Notes: generated by a model from the letters alone, not told the origin. A stretch of 64,000 bases of DNA from Octopus vulgaris (GCA_951406725.2 OX597823.1:84196001-84260000), one strand, 5' to 3'; shown: positions 1 to 13,861, counted from the first letter of the stretch. Translations and numbers: made by a program.

Positions 1-2084
1 TGTCATTCCCGATATTATTCCAGTTATTGTTATTCTAGATCTTATAACCATTATTGTTTTTGTTGGCATTATTCTTGCTGCTGTTATTCCTTTTGTTATT
101 CTTGACGTTATTCATGTTGTTATTCTTACTATTCTGTTTTTGCTGTTATTCGTGTTGTTGTTGTTGTTGATGTTCCTGATGTTATTCTTATTGTCATTAT
201 TTCTGTTGTTCTTCCTGTTGTTTCTATCCTTATTCCTGATGACGATGATGACAAATGTGAAGTAACGTAATTAAATGCCACAAAACAGTTGGTCCATCCC
301 TTTTCTGATTCTTGTGACGCACTTCACTGAACTTATACCTTTACATCACATCTACCAGATTCTATGAAGCCTGTGAAGTCAACCATGTTAACATCTGAAC
401 TCAGAAATTAAACACTCAAATTATAATGAGCCGTTAAGACTGGTGCTCCACCAGTTATGCCATCCCTGCCTCCACACTTTGTGTGCTAAGATTATGGCTT
501 CAGATTTTGGCCCAAGGCTAGCAATTTTAGGGGTGAGAGTAAGGCATTTATATGGACCCTAAGGCACAACTGATACTTATTTTATTGACCTTGTTAGGAT
601 ACAAGGCTAAGTCAACCTTGGCATAATTTGAACTCAGAATGTAGAAAGAAAGAAAGAGAGAGCTTACTAAATGCTACTCTGCTCCCTCCCAATGCTTTAT
701 TTTGTACGTTAAGACAACACTTTCAAATTTTAGTGCAAAGCCAGCAATTTTAGGGGTTAATAAGTTGTTTACTTGATTCTTGTGCACAGTTGGTACTTAT
801 TTTATCGACCTTGAAAGGATTAAAGGAAAAGTCGACCTTGGCAGAATTTGACTCAGAACATAGAGCTGGGAGAAATGTCACTAAATGTTTTGAGCTGATG
901 GGCGAACGACTCTGCTGGTTCACTGCTGTGAGTGTGTTAAAATATTGAATTTTAGCATAAATGTACACAAGGCCATGAATATGAGATTTTGGGAATGGCT
1001 GATTCAATCAATTGGTACTTTATTTCATCAACCCTAGAAAGATAAAGAGCAAACCTGACTTGGACTGGATTTGAACTCAGAATGTAAAGAGCAACTGCGC
1101 GCTCGTGAGAGAGAGAGAGAAGGAGAGATGTTACTAAATGCCTGGCAGCATTTAGTAATGTTCACCTCTCTGTCACTTTTGTATGATAAAATAATGTAAG
1201 ACAAGTCTCTGATAAGACCATTCCACCACCTTAATTCCAAGAATAAAGATAACTATAATCTGTTAGTTGAAGTCTTCGTTTTATCAGCCGAGATCTTTGG
1301 GAGGCCACATAATTCTGTCGTCTTTCTGCAGGACAATAGCTATATTATAAAGAATTATGAATTAATAATGGTACAAGAAGTACTAATTAAGTTAGTTATT
1401 TCAAAACGGTAATTCTATGTTGTCTAAGTTGACAGTTTTGTTTAGCCTCAAGTTGGCTTTGATTCAAGCAGATTTATAATAATGAGACATTCCAGCCATG
1501 GCTATAGTGTTGGTTTTTTTTCTTTTTTCTGTTTTAATATTTTTGTTGGGGTTTTCAGTTTTATTCAGGACTACATTAGGTGCAGGGATGGCTGTGTGGT
1601 AAGACGCTTGCTTCCCAACTACATGGTTCTGGGTTCAGTCCCACTATGTGGCATCTTTGCCTCGTGTCTTCTACTATAGCCTCAGGCTAACCAAAGCCTC
1701 GTGAGTGGATTTGGTTGATGGAAACTGAAAGAAGCTCATCATGTGTGTGTGTGTGTGTGTGTGTGTGCCTGTGCCTTTCTGTCTGTGTTTGTGACCCCGT
1801 AACTTAGCAGTTTGACAAATAAGTACCTGGTTTCAAAAAGAAGTGGTGGTGGTGGTGGTGGTGGTGGGGTGGGCTCTAGTCATTCATCTAATAGTTTGAG
1901 GCGGTGCCCCAGCATGGTCACAGCCTGTTGACTGAAACAAGTAAAAGATAAAAGATATCCAGTCTCTCCTTCCTATTTCAAAACAATCAGGTGTGAGGGA
2001 TTTGGTTGCTCCCTTGTCGGCATGATATAGGAGCTGTTATTATTGTTGTTTAGCTTCATGTCAACCCTTACTGAGCATATGACA

Positions 2085-2350
2085 GGCATATGGTATAGTG
2101 GTTAAGAGAGCGGGCTACTAGCTGCAAGATTCCTAGTTCGATTCCAGGCAGTGACCTGAATACTACTACTACTACCACCACCACCACCGCCACCACCACC
2201 ACCAACAACAACAACATTGAGGAATGAGAACCCAGGTTTGAAATGTCCCCAAGACACCTGGTGAAGGCTGGAGGGTATATCAGCTGAAACGTGTTAACAA
2301 CAAACAAGATGAGGACAAATATCCGTCAAATGTAAATAATGTAAATAATA
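2085..2350 (+). mobile_element. tRNA-headed element with internal microsatellite and degenerate hammerhead-like core
   Basis: A box TGGTATAGTGG, B box AGTTCGATTCC (2136-2146). CTGGTGA-A-GGCTG(loop)CAGCT-GAAAC-GT at 2258-2292. (TGTAAATAA)2 end. Confidence 0.6.
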
Positions 2351-3138
2351 CTCAACAATTGTTCCTGTGCAGTGCTGACGACTGTTAGTTACTGAGTTTT
2401 TCATGACATACTGTTTATTCTTTTCTGTTACTCTTTTAATTGTTTCAGTCATTTGACTGCGGCCATGCTAAAGCACTGCTTTTAGTCGAACAAACCGACC
2501 CCATGACTTACTCTTTGTAACCCTAGTACTTATTCTATCGGTCTATTTTGCCAAATTGCTAGGTTACGGTCCAAGGCTATAGTAGAATGCACTTGCCCAA
2601 GGTGCCATACAGTGGGACTGAACTCGGAACAGTGCGGTTTGGAAGCAAGCTTCTGACCACACTACATAAATTATTTTATGGATAATTTCATAAAGAAATA
2701 TGATCCAACAGTAATTAGGTAACATCACATCATCAGGTGAGTTGCCTTGATTGCACTAATTTATATATATATATATATATAGGTGGAGGAGTGGCTGTGT
2801 AGTAAGTAGCTTGCTTACCAACCACATGGTTCTGGGTTCAGTCCCTTTGCATGGCACCTTGGGCAAATGTCTTCTACTATGGCTTCGGGCTGACCAAAGA
2901 CTTGTGAGTGGATTTGGTAGATGGAAACTGAAAGAAGCCCATCGTATATATGTATACATATGTGTGTGTGTGTGTGTGTGTGTCTGTGTTTGTTCCCCCA
3001 ACATTGCTTGACAACTGATGCTGGCGTGTTTACATCCCAATAACTTAGCGGTTATGTATATCTATCTGTATATATATATATGTATATCTGTCTATCTCTC
3101 TCTATATATATATCTATCTATTTACATATATATATATA

Positions 3139-3534
3139 CTAGCAGTATCGCCCGGCGTTGCTCGGGTTTGTAAGGGAAATAACTATATAAGCATTTTTAG
3201 AGAGTTATAGCCAAAAAATAGCAAAAAAATGCATTAAAAATTGAAAAAAAATTAAGGTAAATTTTTTTTTAAATCGTTGACACATCGTAAATATTTTTAG
3301 AGAGTTACTTCCCTTATATAAAAGCGAAAAAAATGCATTAAAATGGAAAAATATGATGGTAAATTTTTTTTAAATCGTAGACTCATCGTAGACGCACGCT
3401 AATACCCAGAAGGGCTCGATATGAATCACGACTATAAGATACCCGCTTTTGGTTAAACTGCACCGCAAAATGTGGGAGTAGTTAGGAATCTAAATCGTAG
3501 GAGACAGACACACAACTTCACTCTTATATAAAGA
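3139..3534 (-). mobile_element. Complete 396-bp non-autonomous Helitron
   Basis: Minus strand A|TC 5' end at 3534, subterminal hairpin CCCGAGCAACGCCGGG (3151-3166), CTAG|T 3' end at 3139. No TSD, inserted between A and T. Internal direct repeats. Confidence 0.85.
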
Positions 3535-4744
3535 TGCTTTTTTTTTTTCAGTCATAGAGTTAGATTTATGAAGGTCTTCAGTAGAAAATCCTTCGAATTC
3601 TGACTCGCTGCTTGATATAATGAAATTCGTATCCATTTTTTGTCAGAATTACAAATTTTGAAAACACAATAGGAACAAATTTCGGAAAAAAATCTCCCAT
3701 AATTCACGGAATTAAAATTACACTTCGATTTTTGTACAAAACTGTAGTTGAAGTGTTTACGAAGTATAATACGTGTTTTCACGAATGTACTAAAGAGATT
3801 TGTTCTGATATTCTCATTTAAATATGAATAGGTAAATTCGGGCGGCTTGGTAACGAAAGGGTTAAACGGATGCATACATTTATTAATCTCTTATTATAAT
3901 AACTATATATAAGTGTCGTCTGTTTATACATAAACACTGTTTCATACTGCAATTATATATACATATATCTATATATAATATTATATAATAAAATATATAC
4001 AGAGTAAAATAAAAACCAATTTACCTTTTCTGTCCGTCCGTGTGTCTTTGCAAATGTGTTGGAATGATAAGTGAGTTGTGTTTTGGCGCCTTTTTTAATA
4101 ACAAACACACACGTGTTTGTATGTAGTTGTATGTGTATGTAGTTGTATGTGTATGCGTGTGTGTGAGGAATGACACACACACACTCACGCACGCACACAT
4201 GTACATCAATGCTTTCGGAGTGATATGTTAAAATATTGAGTTTTCTCGAATTTTGTCTTAATTGGTGGTAAAATTGAAAGAAATTTTTTATGGCATCACC
4301 CACTGAAGTACTCTGAAAAATCATGGGTACACTCTAATTGAAGAAATTGTGTGAGGAGTAAATCGTTATGTATTTATTTGTTTCTGTTTGCTGTGTTTTT
4401 TTATTTTTTGAGTAGTGGTTTAAATACTTTCAGTTTAGTCTTCCTCAAATCACTCTGTTGCTATTTACTTTCATTTTATTCGTTGCACACTGTGTGTGTG
4501 CGTTTGCGTGTGGTGTAAACCAGACTAAGAAAAGCATTTGACACACACACCAGAATGTGAGTTTTCTGTAAATTTTGCTTAATTGGAGTTTAAATTTTAA
4601 AAACTGGACCTGGCATGACCCGATGCATTCTACTCTTAAAAATGCTAGGTAAATTGTAATTGAAGAAATCCTATATTGTAGATTTCTATAACTCCCAAAG
4701 GGAGGCAGATAAAATCTGCCTTTTATAATAAGAGATATATATAC

Positions 4745-5088
4745 GCTTTGATATGTTTCGACCAAAGATTGGTCCAGGCCATGTCTAACTTAATAGCACC
4801 ACCTGATAGAATTATCTAAATTCTTTTTATGTAAAGTTTTGTTTATGTTCCATTCAAGTAGTGAGTTCTTGTTGAGTGAGTTGTATCCAGGTATGAGTGG
4901 CTTATCTGGTATTCCTTGAAGAAATTTGTCCAGACTCCTTTTAAAGGTGATGGGATCCTTTTCCTCTTTGATCTGTTTCGGGACAATGTTAAACAAGGCA
5001 GGGTCTGTTGAGGAAAAGAAATTATGTCGCAGTGTACCTATATGTTGTGATCCTGAATTGGGCAGGAGATGTATGGCCCAAGGTCCCA
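4745..5088 (-). mobile_element. 5'-truncated CR1/L2-group LINE remnant (ORF2 C-terminus + 3' UTR)
   Basis: RHNFFSSTDPALFNIVPKQIKEEKDPITFKRSLDKFLQGIPDKP resembles the CR1-group C-terminal pattern R.NFFS......FN.LP......FK..LD.FL. Confidence 0.7.
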
Positions 5089-5176
5089 ATATATATATAT
5101 ATGTATGTATAGCTATCTGTCTATAGATATGTATATCTATCTACTCTATCTCTCTCTGTCTGTCTGTCTCTCTGTG

Positions 5177-5220
<44 letters not shown>

Positions 5221-5315
5221 GATAGATAGATAAGTCGACTGAGTTGCATAATAGTGGTTTTATCTCTAATTCATATTTTATATAGATAGATATATAGATA
5301 TATACATATAGATAG

Positions 5316-5346
<31 letters not shown>

Positions 5347-5429
5347 TAGATATATATCTATATATAAGGTGAGAGCTGGCAGAAACGATAGCACGCTGGG
5401 CAAAATACCATTAAGTTCTGAGTCCAAAA

Positions 5430-5483
5430 TCCGCCGAGGACATATATATATATATATGTATATCTATTTATGTATATATTTTA

Positions 5484-5524
<41 letters not shown>

Positions 5525-6155
5525 ATATCTATCTATATATATTTATATATATGTGTATATCTATATATATCTATATAAAATATGTATTAGAGATAAAACC
5601 ACTATTAGGCAACTCAATCGAATTTTTCCCTTTAAGTTTGGAGCTATACTCCCTAATATTATTATTATATATCTATATATGTATATCTATCTATATGTGT
5701 ATATCTATTTATATGTGTATATCTATATATATGTGTATCTATATATATCTATATATATGTGTATCTATATATATCTATATATGTATGTATCTCTCTATAT
5801 ATATGTATATCTATCTATCTATCTATATATATGTATATCTATCTGTATATATGTATATCTATCTATATATATGTATATCTATCTATCTATATATATGTAT
5901 ATCTATCTATATATATATATGTATATACATATGTATATCTATATATCTCTCTATATGTACATCTATTCATATGTGCATATCTATTTATATGTGTATATCT
6001 ATTTATATGTGTATATCTATATATATGTGTATCTATATATATCTATATATGTATATCTATCTATATATATGTATATCTATCTATATATATATATGTATAT
6101 CTATCTATATATATGTATATCTATATATCTATATATATATATGTATATCTATCTA

Positions 6156-6194
<39 letters not shown>

Positions 6195-6390
6195 ATATCT
6201 ATATGTATATCTATTCATATGTGCATATCTATTTATATGTGCATATATATTTATGTGCATATATATTTATGTGTATATCTATATATATATGTATATCTAT
6301 CTATGTATATGTATATCTATCTATATATATTTATATCTATGTGTGTGTGTATATATATATATGTATATGTGTATATACATTGTATATACA
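5430..6390. repeat. Compound (AT)n/(ATCT)n/(ATGT)n microsatellite
   Basis: Direct inspection. Confidence 0.95.
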
Positions 6391-6484
6391 TTGTAGATCT
6401 TTAGCTGGGCTAAAAAGTCACATTCGATCACAGCACCAGTAACAGCTTCGTGCAATGGCCATACTCGATAACGAAGGGGCAGCC

Positions 6485-6520
<36 letters not shown>
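6388..6520 (+). mobile_element. Extreme 3' end of an RTE/BovB-like LINE with (TAA)n tail
   Basis: [15 protein letters not shown]-stop resembles the C-terminal C2H2-like motif of BovB-type RTEs. Short UTR then (ATA)n. Confidence 0.55.
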
Positions 6521-6523
<3 letters not shown>

Positions 6524-7034
6524 TGTATATATATATATATGTTGCGTGTATATATATATGTGTGTTTCTGTTAAGTATCCCTAGCTTCCACCTCCCAAAT
6601 TTCAACCACTAATTGGAAATCTACCGACAATTGTAGAAGACCCCTTAATTCCAGATTCATCATAAAGCGGGAACAAACTCACTACCGCAAAGTTTTAAAG
6701 GGAGCTAACTCCTCAACCTCCCTACCATACTTATACATCATGTATTTGGAAATTGATTTGGGAGTTTTAGTTCAGAAAGCCTTACTCTATCACTCTACTG
6801 TATGTGTGTGTGTGTTTGTGTGTGTGTGCATGTATGTGTCCTTATATCTATCCATACTATCTCCAGTCTGGTCCAGTTTAAGTGTGTGAATTATATTTTT
6901 ACGCTATAGCTTTCATTTTTACAGCTATATTTCCACATTTAAAAATTAATAAAAATTTATATACATAAATGTATTTAGTGAAATGAATATGAATATATAT
7001 ATATACATATATATAAATGTACTTAGCGAAATGA

Positions 7035-7084
<50 letters not shown>

Positions 7085-7439
7085 TTTTATATGTATGTAT
7101 GTAAAACAACCCAGAAAATGTGTAAAAAAAAGAAATGGAAAAGTCAAAATGAAACCCCACCAAAAAATACAAATTGCTAAGTTACTTTTTAGTAAAAGCA
7201 AAATCGTAATTGTTTGGGAAAGCAAACATATCTACATTGTTTGTTATTATCAATATTATCACTGTTATTATGATTGTTATTGTCATTGCCCTATTCACGA
7301 AGGAATCGGCCCATGGCTATTTGGATGAAGATAATGACTGGTTCGTAAGTTTGCTTTCATTAACTGAAAGATAGTGAAAAGATTCAAATTTCAGTGAAAT
7401 ACAATCCCGGAAACTGTGAAATCTATTATAACAGAAAAT

Positions 7440-7640
7440 AAACAAATAATAACAACAATAATGATAATAATAATAATAGTAATAATAATAATGGTGAGAA
7501 TGGTGATAATAATAGTAATAATAATAATGATGAGAATGATAATAATAATAATAGTAATAATAATAATGATGAGAATGATAATAATGATAATAGTAATAAA
7601 TGATGATAATGATAATAGATAATGATAATAATAATAATGA
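7440..7640. repeat. (AAT)n/(GAT)n microsatellite
   Basis: Direct inspection. Confidence 0.95.
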
Positions 7641-9879
7641 ATAATTCTCTAATGTAGCCGTTCAGTTTTTCCAAACATAATAGCAAAACTCTCAACCATT
7701 TGGTGGGTGGTTGGGTGGTATATGTGTGTGTGGAATCGGAGAACTTTTTCCTTTATATACAGTATTCTTCGTAGTGTTAAGAATTATTTATTTTTCCTGT
7801 CTGTTATTCACTACAATATTATTAACCCAAATTCTCTCCCCCCATCTCGCTCTCTCTCTCTCTCACATCGAAACTCCTTTTAAATAAAAGAACCTTTTTC
7901 AAAACTAACAAACAAACAAAGGTAAAACTATAACAACAACAACAACAACAAAAAGCGAAATAAAAAGGAATGCAAAATAGAAGAGGAGGAAGAGAATAAG
8001 AATAATAATAATAAAGGAGAAATAGATATTGAATCTTTCATGGTTGTTTGTGTATGTGTTTTTTGAAAAAATCTGGTATTTCCATTCTTCTTTTAGAAGC
8101 TGAATGTTTTTGGGATATTCATTCATCAATCTCTGCTGTATAGAATTTCAGGCTGTTTATTTCTCCGAAGCTTTTATTCAATTCCGGCTCTTTATTTCGT
8201 TTCTTCCCTGGCTGTTGTTTTCTAATGGACAGCTTAGCTATTTTTACTGGGTTCCTATGGCTTCTCTGTTCTTGCAAAACACCAGCAGGGGCGATGGTGT
8301 CGGCAGTGTGTGCATGTGTGTGTGTGTGTGTATGTGCATGTCTGTGTTTGTGTGTTGTGTGCGAGGGTGTTTGTCTGGACTTTATCTCCCAACACAAAAC
8401 CAACTGAAATAATATATATCTTGCCTGTATCACTTGCCGTTGGCTCTGGCACCTTTATCTGCTAATTACACAGGCCATTGTGCCTATGTCTGTTTTGTCG
8501 AGGATAAAGAGCCTACAAGGCTGGGTATGGCTTGGCTTGGTGCGCTGCAGTTCGGTGTGGTGTGGCATGGCGTAGTATCGCGAGGTGTGCAGTGAAAGAC
8601 TGGTGACGGCTATGGTGGTGATGGCAGGTGGGTGTCGTTGAAGCGAGGGAGGGTGTGGGGCCGGCATCAATGACGATGGTGGCGGTGGCAGGTGGTGTTG
8701 GTGGGGGGTGATGTGATTTTAAAACACTGTTCTCTATTGCTGTTTCTGAGACTTACGTCTCTCGGTTATCTCAATAGCTCGAGGGGCAATCCAAACGAGA
8801 TGCTGACCTCCCAACTGATAAGTAGTGACTAAATGCAATGATAGAACTTGCTTATTTTGTCATTATATGCCAATACTAGAAAGTGCGTATACGCACGCAC
8901 GTGTGTACACGTGTGCATGTGTGTGTGTGTGTGCTTGCAATGGATTTTTATCTTTGCTCTATTAATCAGCTTAGTCTATTGTTCTCGACACTTGCAGTAT
9001 CGGCAGCACTTTTCGTGCTCCTGGAAAGGAATTCAGTTGAAATCGCGCTTTCGTTTCGATTAAAACTTTGTCCACCATTGTCGTTCAGTTGTTGTGGTTT
9101 CTTCACCACCGCCGCCCCTCACCAGCCCCCCTCTTCCAGCCCCCCATCTCCATCCATCCAGTCATTCATTCATTCATCCGTTCATCCCTCATCAGGCATC
9201 TGCCTTTTTCATCCCGCTTCACCCTCGACTCTCATTAATTCTCTCAACCACACACACACACACACACACACATGTCCTCTGTATAAATAATTCAGATTAG
9301 AACCGTCTAATTAAGATGTTTGCGTTTGTCTCTAATGTGCGCCTGCTCACGCATATGTGTGCATGCTTGCTTGCATGCATGTACACGTGTATTTATATAT
9401 GTATATGCGCGTCTGTGTGTGTGTGTGTGCGTGTGCCTGTGTCACACTTGTTACCAAGACTCGGCAATGAATAGCTGACACAGAAGCCAGCAGTATTTTT
9501 GCTGACATCATTCTACATTGAACGAGAAACCTGCCAATAAGTTATTTGTCACTTAGATGTAATGACCTTTTTCAATTCGAAGACGAGAAAGCAACTGAGA
9601 CAATGCAAAACTAAGATAGATAGTCACACAATTTCTTTATTTATTTCATTATTATTATTATTGTTATTAGTTGTTATTATCATCATTATTGTTGTTGTTT
9701 CTATCTTTTTTTTGTCTTTTTTTTTTACTTCACTAGTCGGTTTTCTTTGCCTCATAACTATTATTGCCATTGTATTATCGGCTGATGAAGTGGTGATGGT
9801 GGTGGTGGTAGTGATGGGGTGGAAGTTTAAAGAGGTGGTGGTGGTGGTGGTGGTGATGGGGTATTGAAACCTCTCAGAA

Positions 9880-10395
9880 TGTGTCTATCTCTGTGTGTGT
9901 CTGTCTGTTTACCTCAATGTGTGTGTGTGTGTGTGTCTGTCTACCTCTCTGTGTGTGTATGTCTGTCTACCTCTGTGTGTGTGTGCGTGTCTGTCTGTCT
10001 GTATGTGTTTGTGTGTCTGTCTCTGTGTCTACCTCTGTGTGTTTGTGTGTCTATCTGTCTACTAGTGTGTGTGTGTATGTATGTGTGTGTGTCTGTCTCT
10101 GTGCCTACATGTGTGTGTGTGAGTGTGTGCGTCTGTCTGTCTGTCTATCTGTAAGTGTGTATGTGTGGTTTGGTGTTTGTTTATGTGTGTGTCTACCAAT
10201 CTTTTTGTAGGCATGTGTATGTCTACCTTTCTGTGTGTATGCATGTGGCTGTGCATGAGTGTGTGTGTCTGTCTGTCTGTCTTAGTGTGTATGTCTGTCT
10301 GTCTATGCATGCGGGTGTGTCTGTCCATATTTGTGTTTGAGTGTGTTTCCCTTTGTATGTATGTGTGTGTCCATCTGTATGTGTGTGCATGCATG
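9880..10395. repeat. (GT)n/(GTCT)n compound repeat
   Basis: Direct inspection. Confidence 0.95.
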
Positions 10396-10919
10396 CTTAT
10401 GCTTAAACTCCTACCACCGGCAACAACCCCCGCCTCCATGACCACCACCACTGATATGATGTTTGCAGTCACCAGTAACTACAATACATTGAATACCTTT
10501 TAAGATTGTTCTACAGAAAAAAAAAGACAAAAAAACACACATCAAAAAAGAAAAAAAATGCAACTAATACTTTACCATGCGGATGAAACTGTGATGAGAA
10601 GAGAAGAGGGTGGGGTTAAAATTGGTGCTTTTTTTTAATATTGTTTTTCTAATTTTTTTTTTTACAAAAATTTAAACTCTATTTAAATTTTTTGATAAAA
10701 AGACAGATTGGCAACAACATAGCTTGTAGGTTCTTGTATTAATTGATTTGAACCTTTTAAAATATTTCATTTGAAAACAAACCGATATTGTATGTTTTTC
10801 TCTGTCTGTCTGCCTCCGTGTCTGTCTGTTTGTCTCTCGTTAGAATTAATCTTGGTGCTGTGAATGACTCTAGATGCTGGTTCAGTTAAATTGGAAAAAA
10901 TTGATAACAGTAACAACAG

Positions 10920-11540
10920 TAAGTCATGATGACGATGACGATAATCCATTCGACTATGGGCGCATGATCTGAAAGTTTTTGATGGAAAAGGCAAGGTAAC
11001 CCAAAAACCTCCACTGGATATGATGTTACGGGTGCTTGGTACCAACATACACACCGGAAAAGGTAATGGATGAAAAGAGGAAGGCAAATATCCTCTGAGA
11101 CTTTGATTTCCAAACAGACAAAGTGTTTGAGCACCAAAGGCCAAATATGGTAACCTATAGCAGGGACAAATAAAAGTGTCTAATGATCGACGTGGCTGTG
11201 CCAAGAGATCAACACATCATCATGCAAGAAAGAGAAAAGGTCGATAAATATGGAGACCTGAGAATTGAGATCGCTAAGATGTGGCAGCTACGAGAGTCAA
11301 CCATAAAGATTATCCTTATTATCATCAGAGCATTTGGTTCAGTACCACCCAATCTGAGAAAAATTCTGAAATCCTTAGATTTAGATGTATTGCAAAAGTC
11401 GGTGTTACTTGGAACTGCACACATATTTCGTAAAGTACAGTCTGTCTAAGGTCCTTGTGACTTGACAAATAGTATAAACCCCTGGTAGATACAATATCTT
11501 CAATCAACAACCTCATGATATTGTATACTTTGTGATGTCT

Positions 11541-11577
<37 letters not shown>

Positions 11578-11595
11578 TAATAATAATAATGATAA
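10920..11595 (+). mobile_element. 5'-truncated R4/Dong-clade LINE remnant (restriction-like endonuclease domain) with (TAA)n tail
   Basis: WYQHTPEKV, DFDFQTDKVFEHQRPN, IDVAVP, EREKVDKYGDLRIEIAKMW, LQKSVLLGTAHIFRKV. In-frame stops upstream. Confidence 0.8.
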
Positions 11596-12270
11596 TCCTT
11601 TCTACTAAAGGCACAGGGTCTGGAATTTTGGGGGAGGGAAAGTAGTCGATTACATTGTCCCCTGTGTGTAACTGCTACTTACTTCATCGACCGCAAAAGG
11701 ATGAAAGGCAAAGTTAACCATGGTGGAATTTGGACTCAGAACATAAAGACAGACAAAATACTGCCAAGCATTTTACCTGGTATTCTAACAATTCTGCCAG
11801 CTCACCACATTATTATTATTATTATTATTAATAATAATAATAATAATCCTTTCTACTATAGGCACAAGGCCTGAAGCTTGGTGGGAGGTGGGGGCCAGTC
11901 AATTAGATTGACCTCAGTATGCAACTGGTACTTAATTTATTGACCCCGAAAAGCTGAAAGGCAAAGTTGACCTCGGTAGAATTTGAACTCAGAATGTAGA
12001 GACAGATGAAATACCGCTAAGCATTTCACCTGGTGTGCTAACGATTCTGCCAACTCAGTAATGTTGATGATGATGATAATCCTTTCTACGATAAACACAA
12101 GGCTTGACATTTTGGTTGGGGGAGAAGAAACGTTGATTACATTGATCCCATTGCTCAGCTGGTACTTAATTCATTGACCCTGAATTTTTTGAACTCGGAA
12201 TGTAGAGATTAATGAAATGCTGCTAAGCATTTTATCTGGTCTGTTAATGATTCTACCAGCTCAACGCATT
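11595..12270 (-). mobile_element. Three tandem SINE family B copies with alternative tail (GCCTTGTGCCTATAGTAGAAAGGATTATT) separated by (TAA)n. Related copies at 497-660, 720-930, 1010-1165, 12730-12940, 20297-20515
   Basis: Head and core match family B, but the 3' ~40 nt differ from the Tx1-type tail. Confidence 0.85.
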
Positions 12271-12277
12271 ATTAATA

Positions 12278-12720
12278 GGCACAGGAGTGGCTGTGTAATA
12301 AGTAGCTTGCTTACCAACCACATGGTTCTGAGTTCAGTCCCACTGCATGGCACCTTGAGCAAGTGTCTTCTACTCTAGCCTCGGGCCGACCAAAGACTTG
12401 TGAGTGGATTTGGTAGACAGAAACTGAAAGAAGCCTGTCGTATATGTATGTATGTATGTGTATATATATATATATATATACACATGTATGTGTGTGTATA
12501 TGTTTTTGGGTGTGTGTGTCCCAACATTGCTTGACAACCAATGCTGGTGTGTTTCCATCTCCGTAACTTAGCAGTTCGACAAAAGAGATTGTTAGAATAA
12601 GTATTGGCTTACAAAGAATAAGTCCTGGGGTTGATTTATTTGACTAAAGGTGGTGCTCCAGCTTGGCCGCAGTTAGAATGACTGAAACAAGTAAAAGAAT
12701 AAAAGAAGAATAAAAGAGTG
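12278..12720 (+). mobile_element. SINE family A, full length
   Basis: Collinear with 60603-61016. Confidence 0.9.
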
Positions 12721-13471
12721 ACGATAATGGTTTCAAAGATTGGTGCCAGGCCTGAAATATCAGGGGACAGGGTCAAGTCGATTACAATGATTCCAGTACT
12801 TGACTGATACTTACTTTATTGACTCCGGAAGGATGAAGGGCAAAGTCATCTTCGGTGGGATTTGAACTCAAAATGTAAGGAGAGACAAAATGCTGCTAAG
12901 CAGTTTGTGCAGCCTGCTAACGGTTCTGTCTGCTTGCCACTTTTTTAAAAATCAGGGCTATGGAGTCGAAACAAAAAATTTCAAACTCACTACCTCATGA
13001 TTGTGAGCCTGACTCTCTAACCACTGAGCCATGTGCCTTCATATATATGTGTCTGAATGTATGTGGCTGTCTTTGTGTCAGTGTTCATCTCTCACCACCA
13101 CTTGACAACCACTGATGGTTTGTTTACGTCCCTTAACAGTTCAGCAGAAAAAGACCAGTAGAATAACAGACCAAAACAACAAAAAATAAATAAAAAAAAA
13201 AGAAGCAGAAAATAAGTCCTAGGGTCAATTCGTTCAGTGAAATCTCTTCAAGGTAGTGCCCCAACATGGCCACTATTCAATGACTGAAACAAGTAAAAAG
13301 ATAAGAGAAATTAGAAATTTCCATTAAAGTTTCATGTTAATTAATGTTCCACACATCAGCTTAATAAGCACAAAATTATTTTATTAAATGCTTCGTTATT
13401 TTCGAAATTAATTGATGTAAAATCCGTGTATTTCAACCAAAATTTAGTAGCAAAAGGGTTGAAAGAAAATG

Positions 13472-13506
<35 letters not shown>

Positions 13507-13761
13507 AATAATAATAATAATGATAATAATAATAATGATAAGCCTGTAGATAAGAGGCCTGTCGATCATGCTTGCTAAATTTACAGTCTTATCTGCCTTT
13601 CAACAAATTTCCAAAGAGACAGTTGTTTAAAAAAGAACAGTAATAATAATGATAATAATAATAATAATAATAATAATAAAACACCTGATGTTGTGAAATG
13701 TGACAAATAGCTATTTATTGTTCAATTTTGTTTAATATACATCCATTTATAAGCAATTTGT

Positions 13762-13861
13762 TATATGTATGTATGTATATATGTGTGTGTGTGTATGTAT
13801 GTGTATATATATACACATAGATGTATATGTATATATATATACACACACAACACATATCTAC

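Noticed and set aside
1320-1396. Acceptor-like TCTTTCTGCAG followed by NYELIMVQ, faintly like the upstream UGGT exon
   Set aside because: Lacks the invariant KWPRWL..QR.IWG residues.
2720-2742. Other AG|GT fusions: CAG|GTGAGT at 2734, CAG|GTGAGC at 25637, AAG|GTAAAT at 58821
   Set aside because: Weak pyrimidine tract or weak donor, and the last lies in a transposon fragment.
2756-3040. Recurrent ORFs with HMVPGSVPLRGTLGKCLLL / RRHLPKVPRSGTEPGTMW
   Set aside because: Translations of SINE family A, not genes.
5470-6442. Long Y/I/C/V/H/T-rich ORFs (also 13769-14342, 25655-26280, 29524-30156, 41087-41532, 43810-44565, 60915-61359)
   Set aside because: Translations of AT/GT dinucleotide microsatellites that are open in several frames and strands. 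Only the last ~17 codons of 5759..6442 are informative (RTE end).
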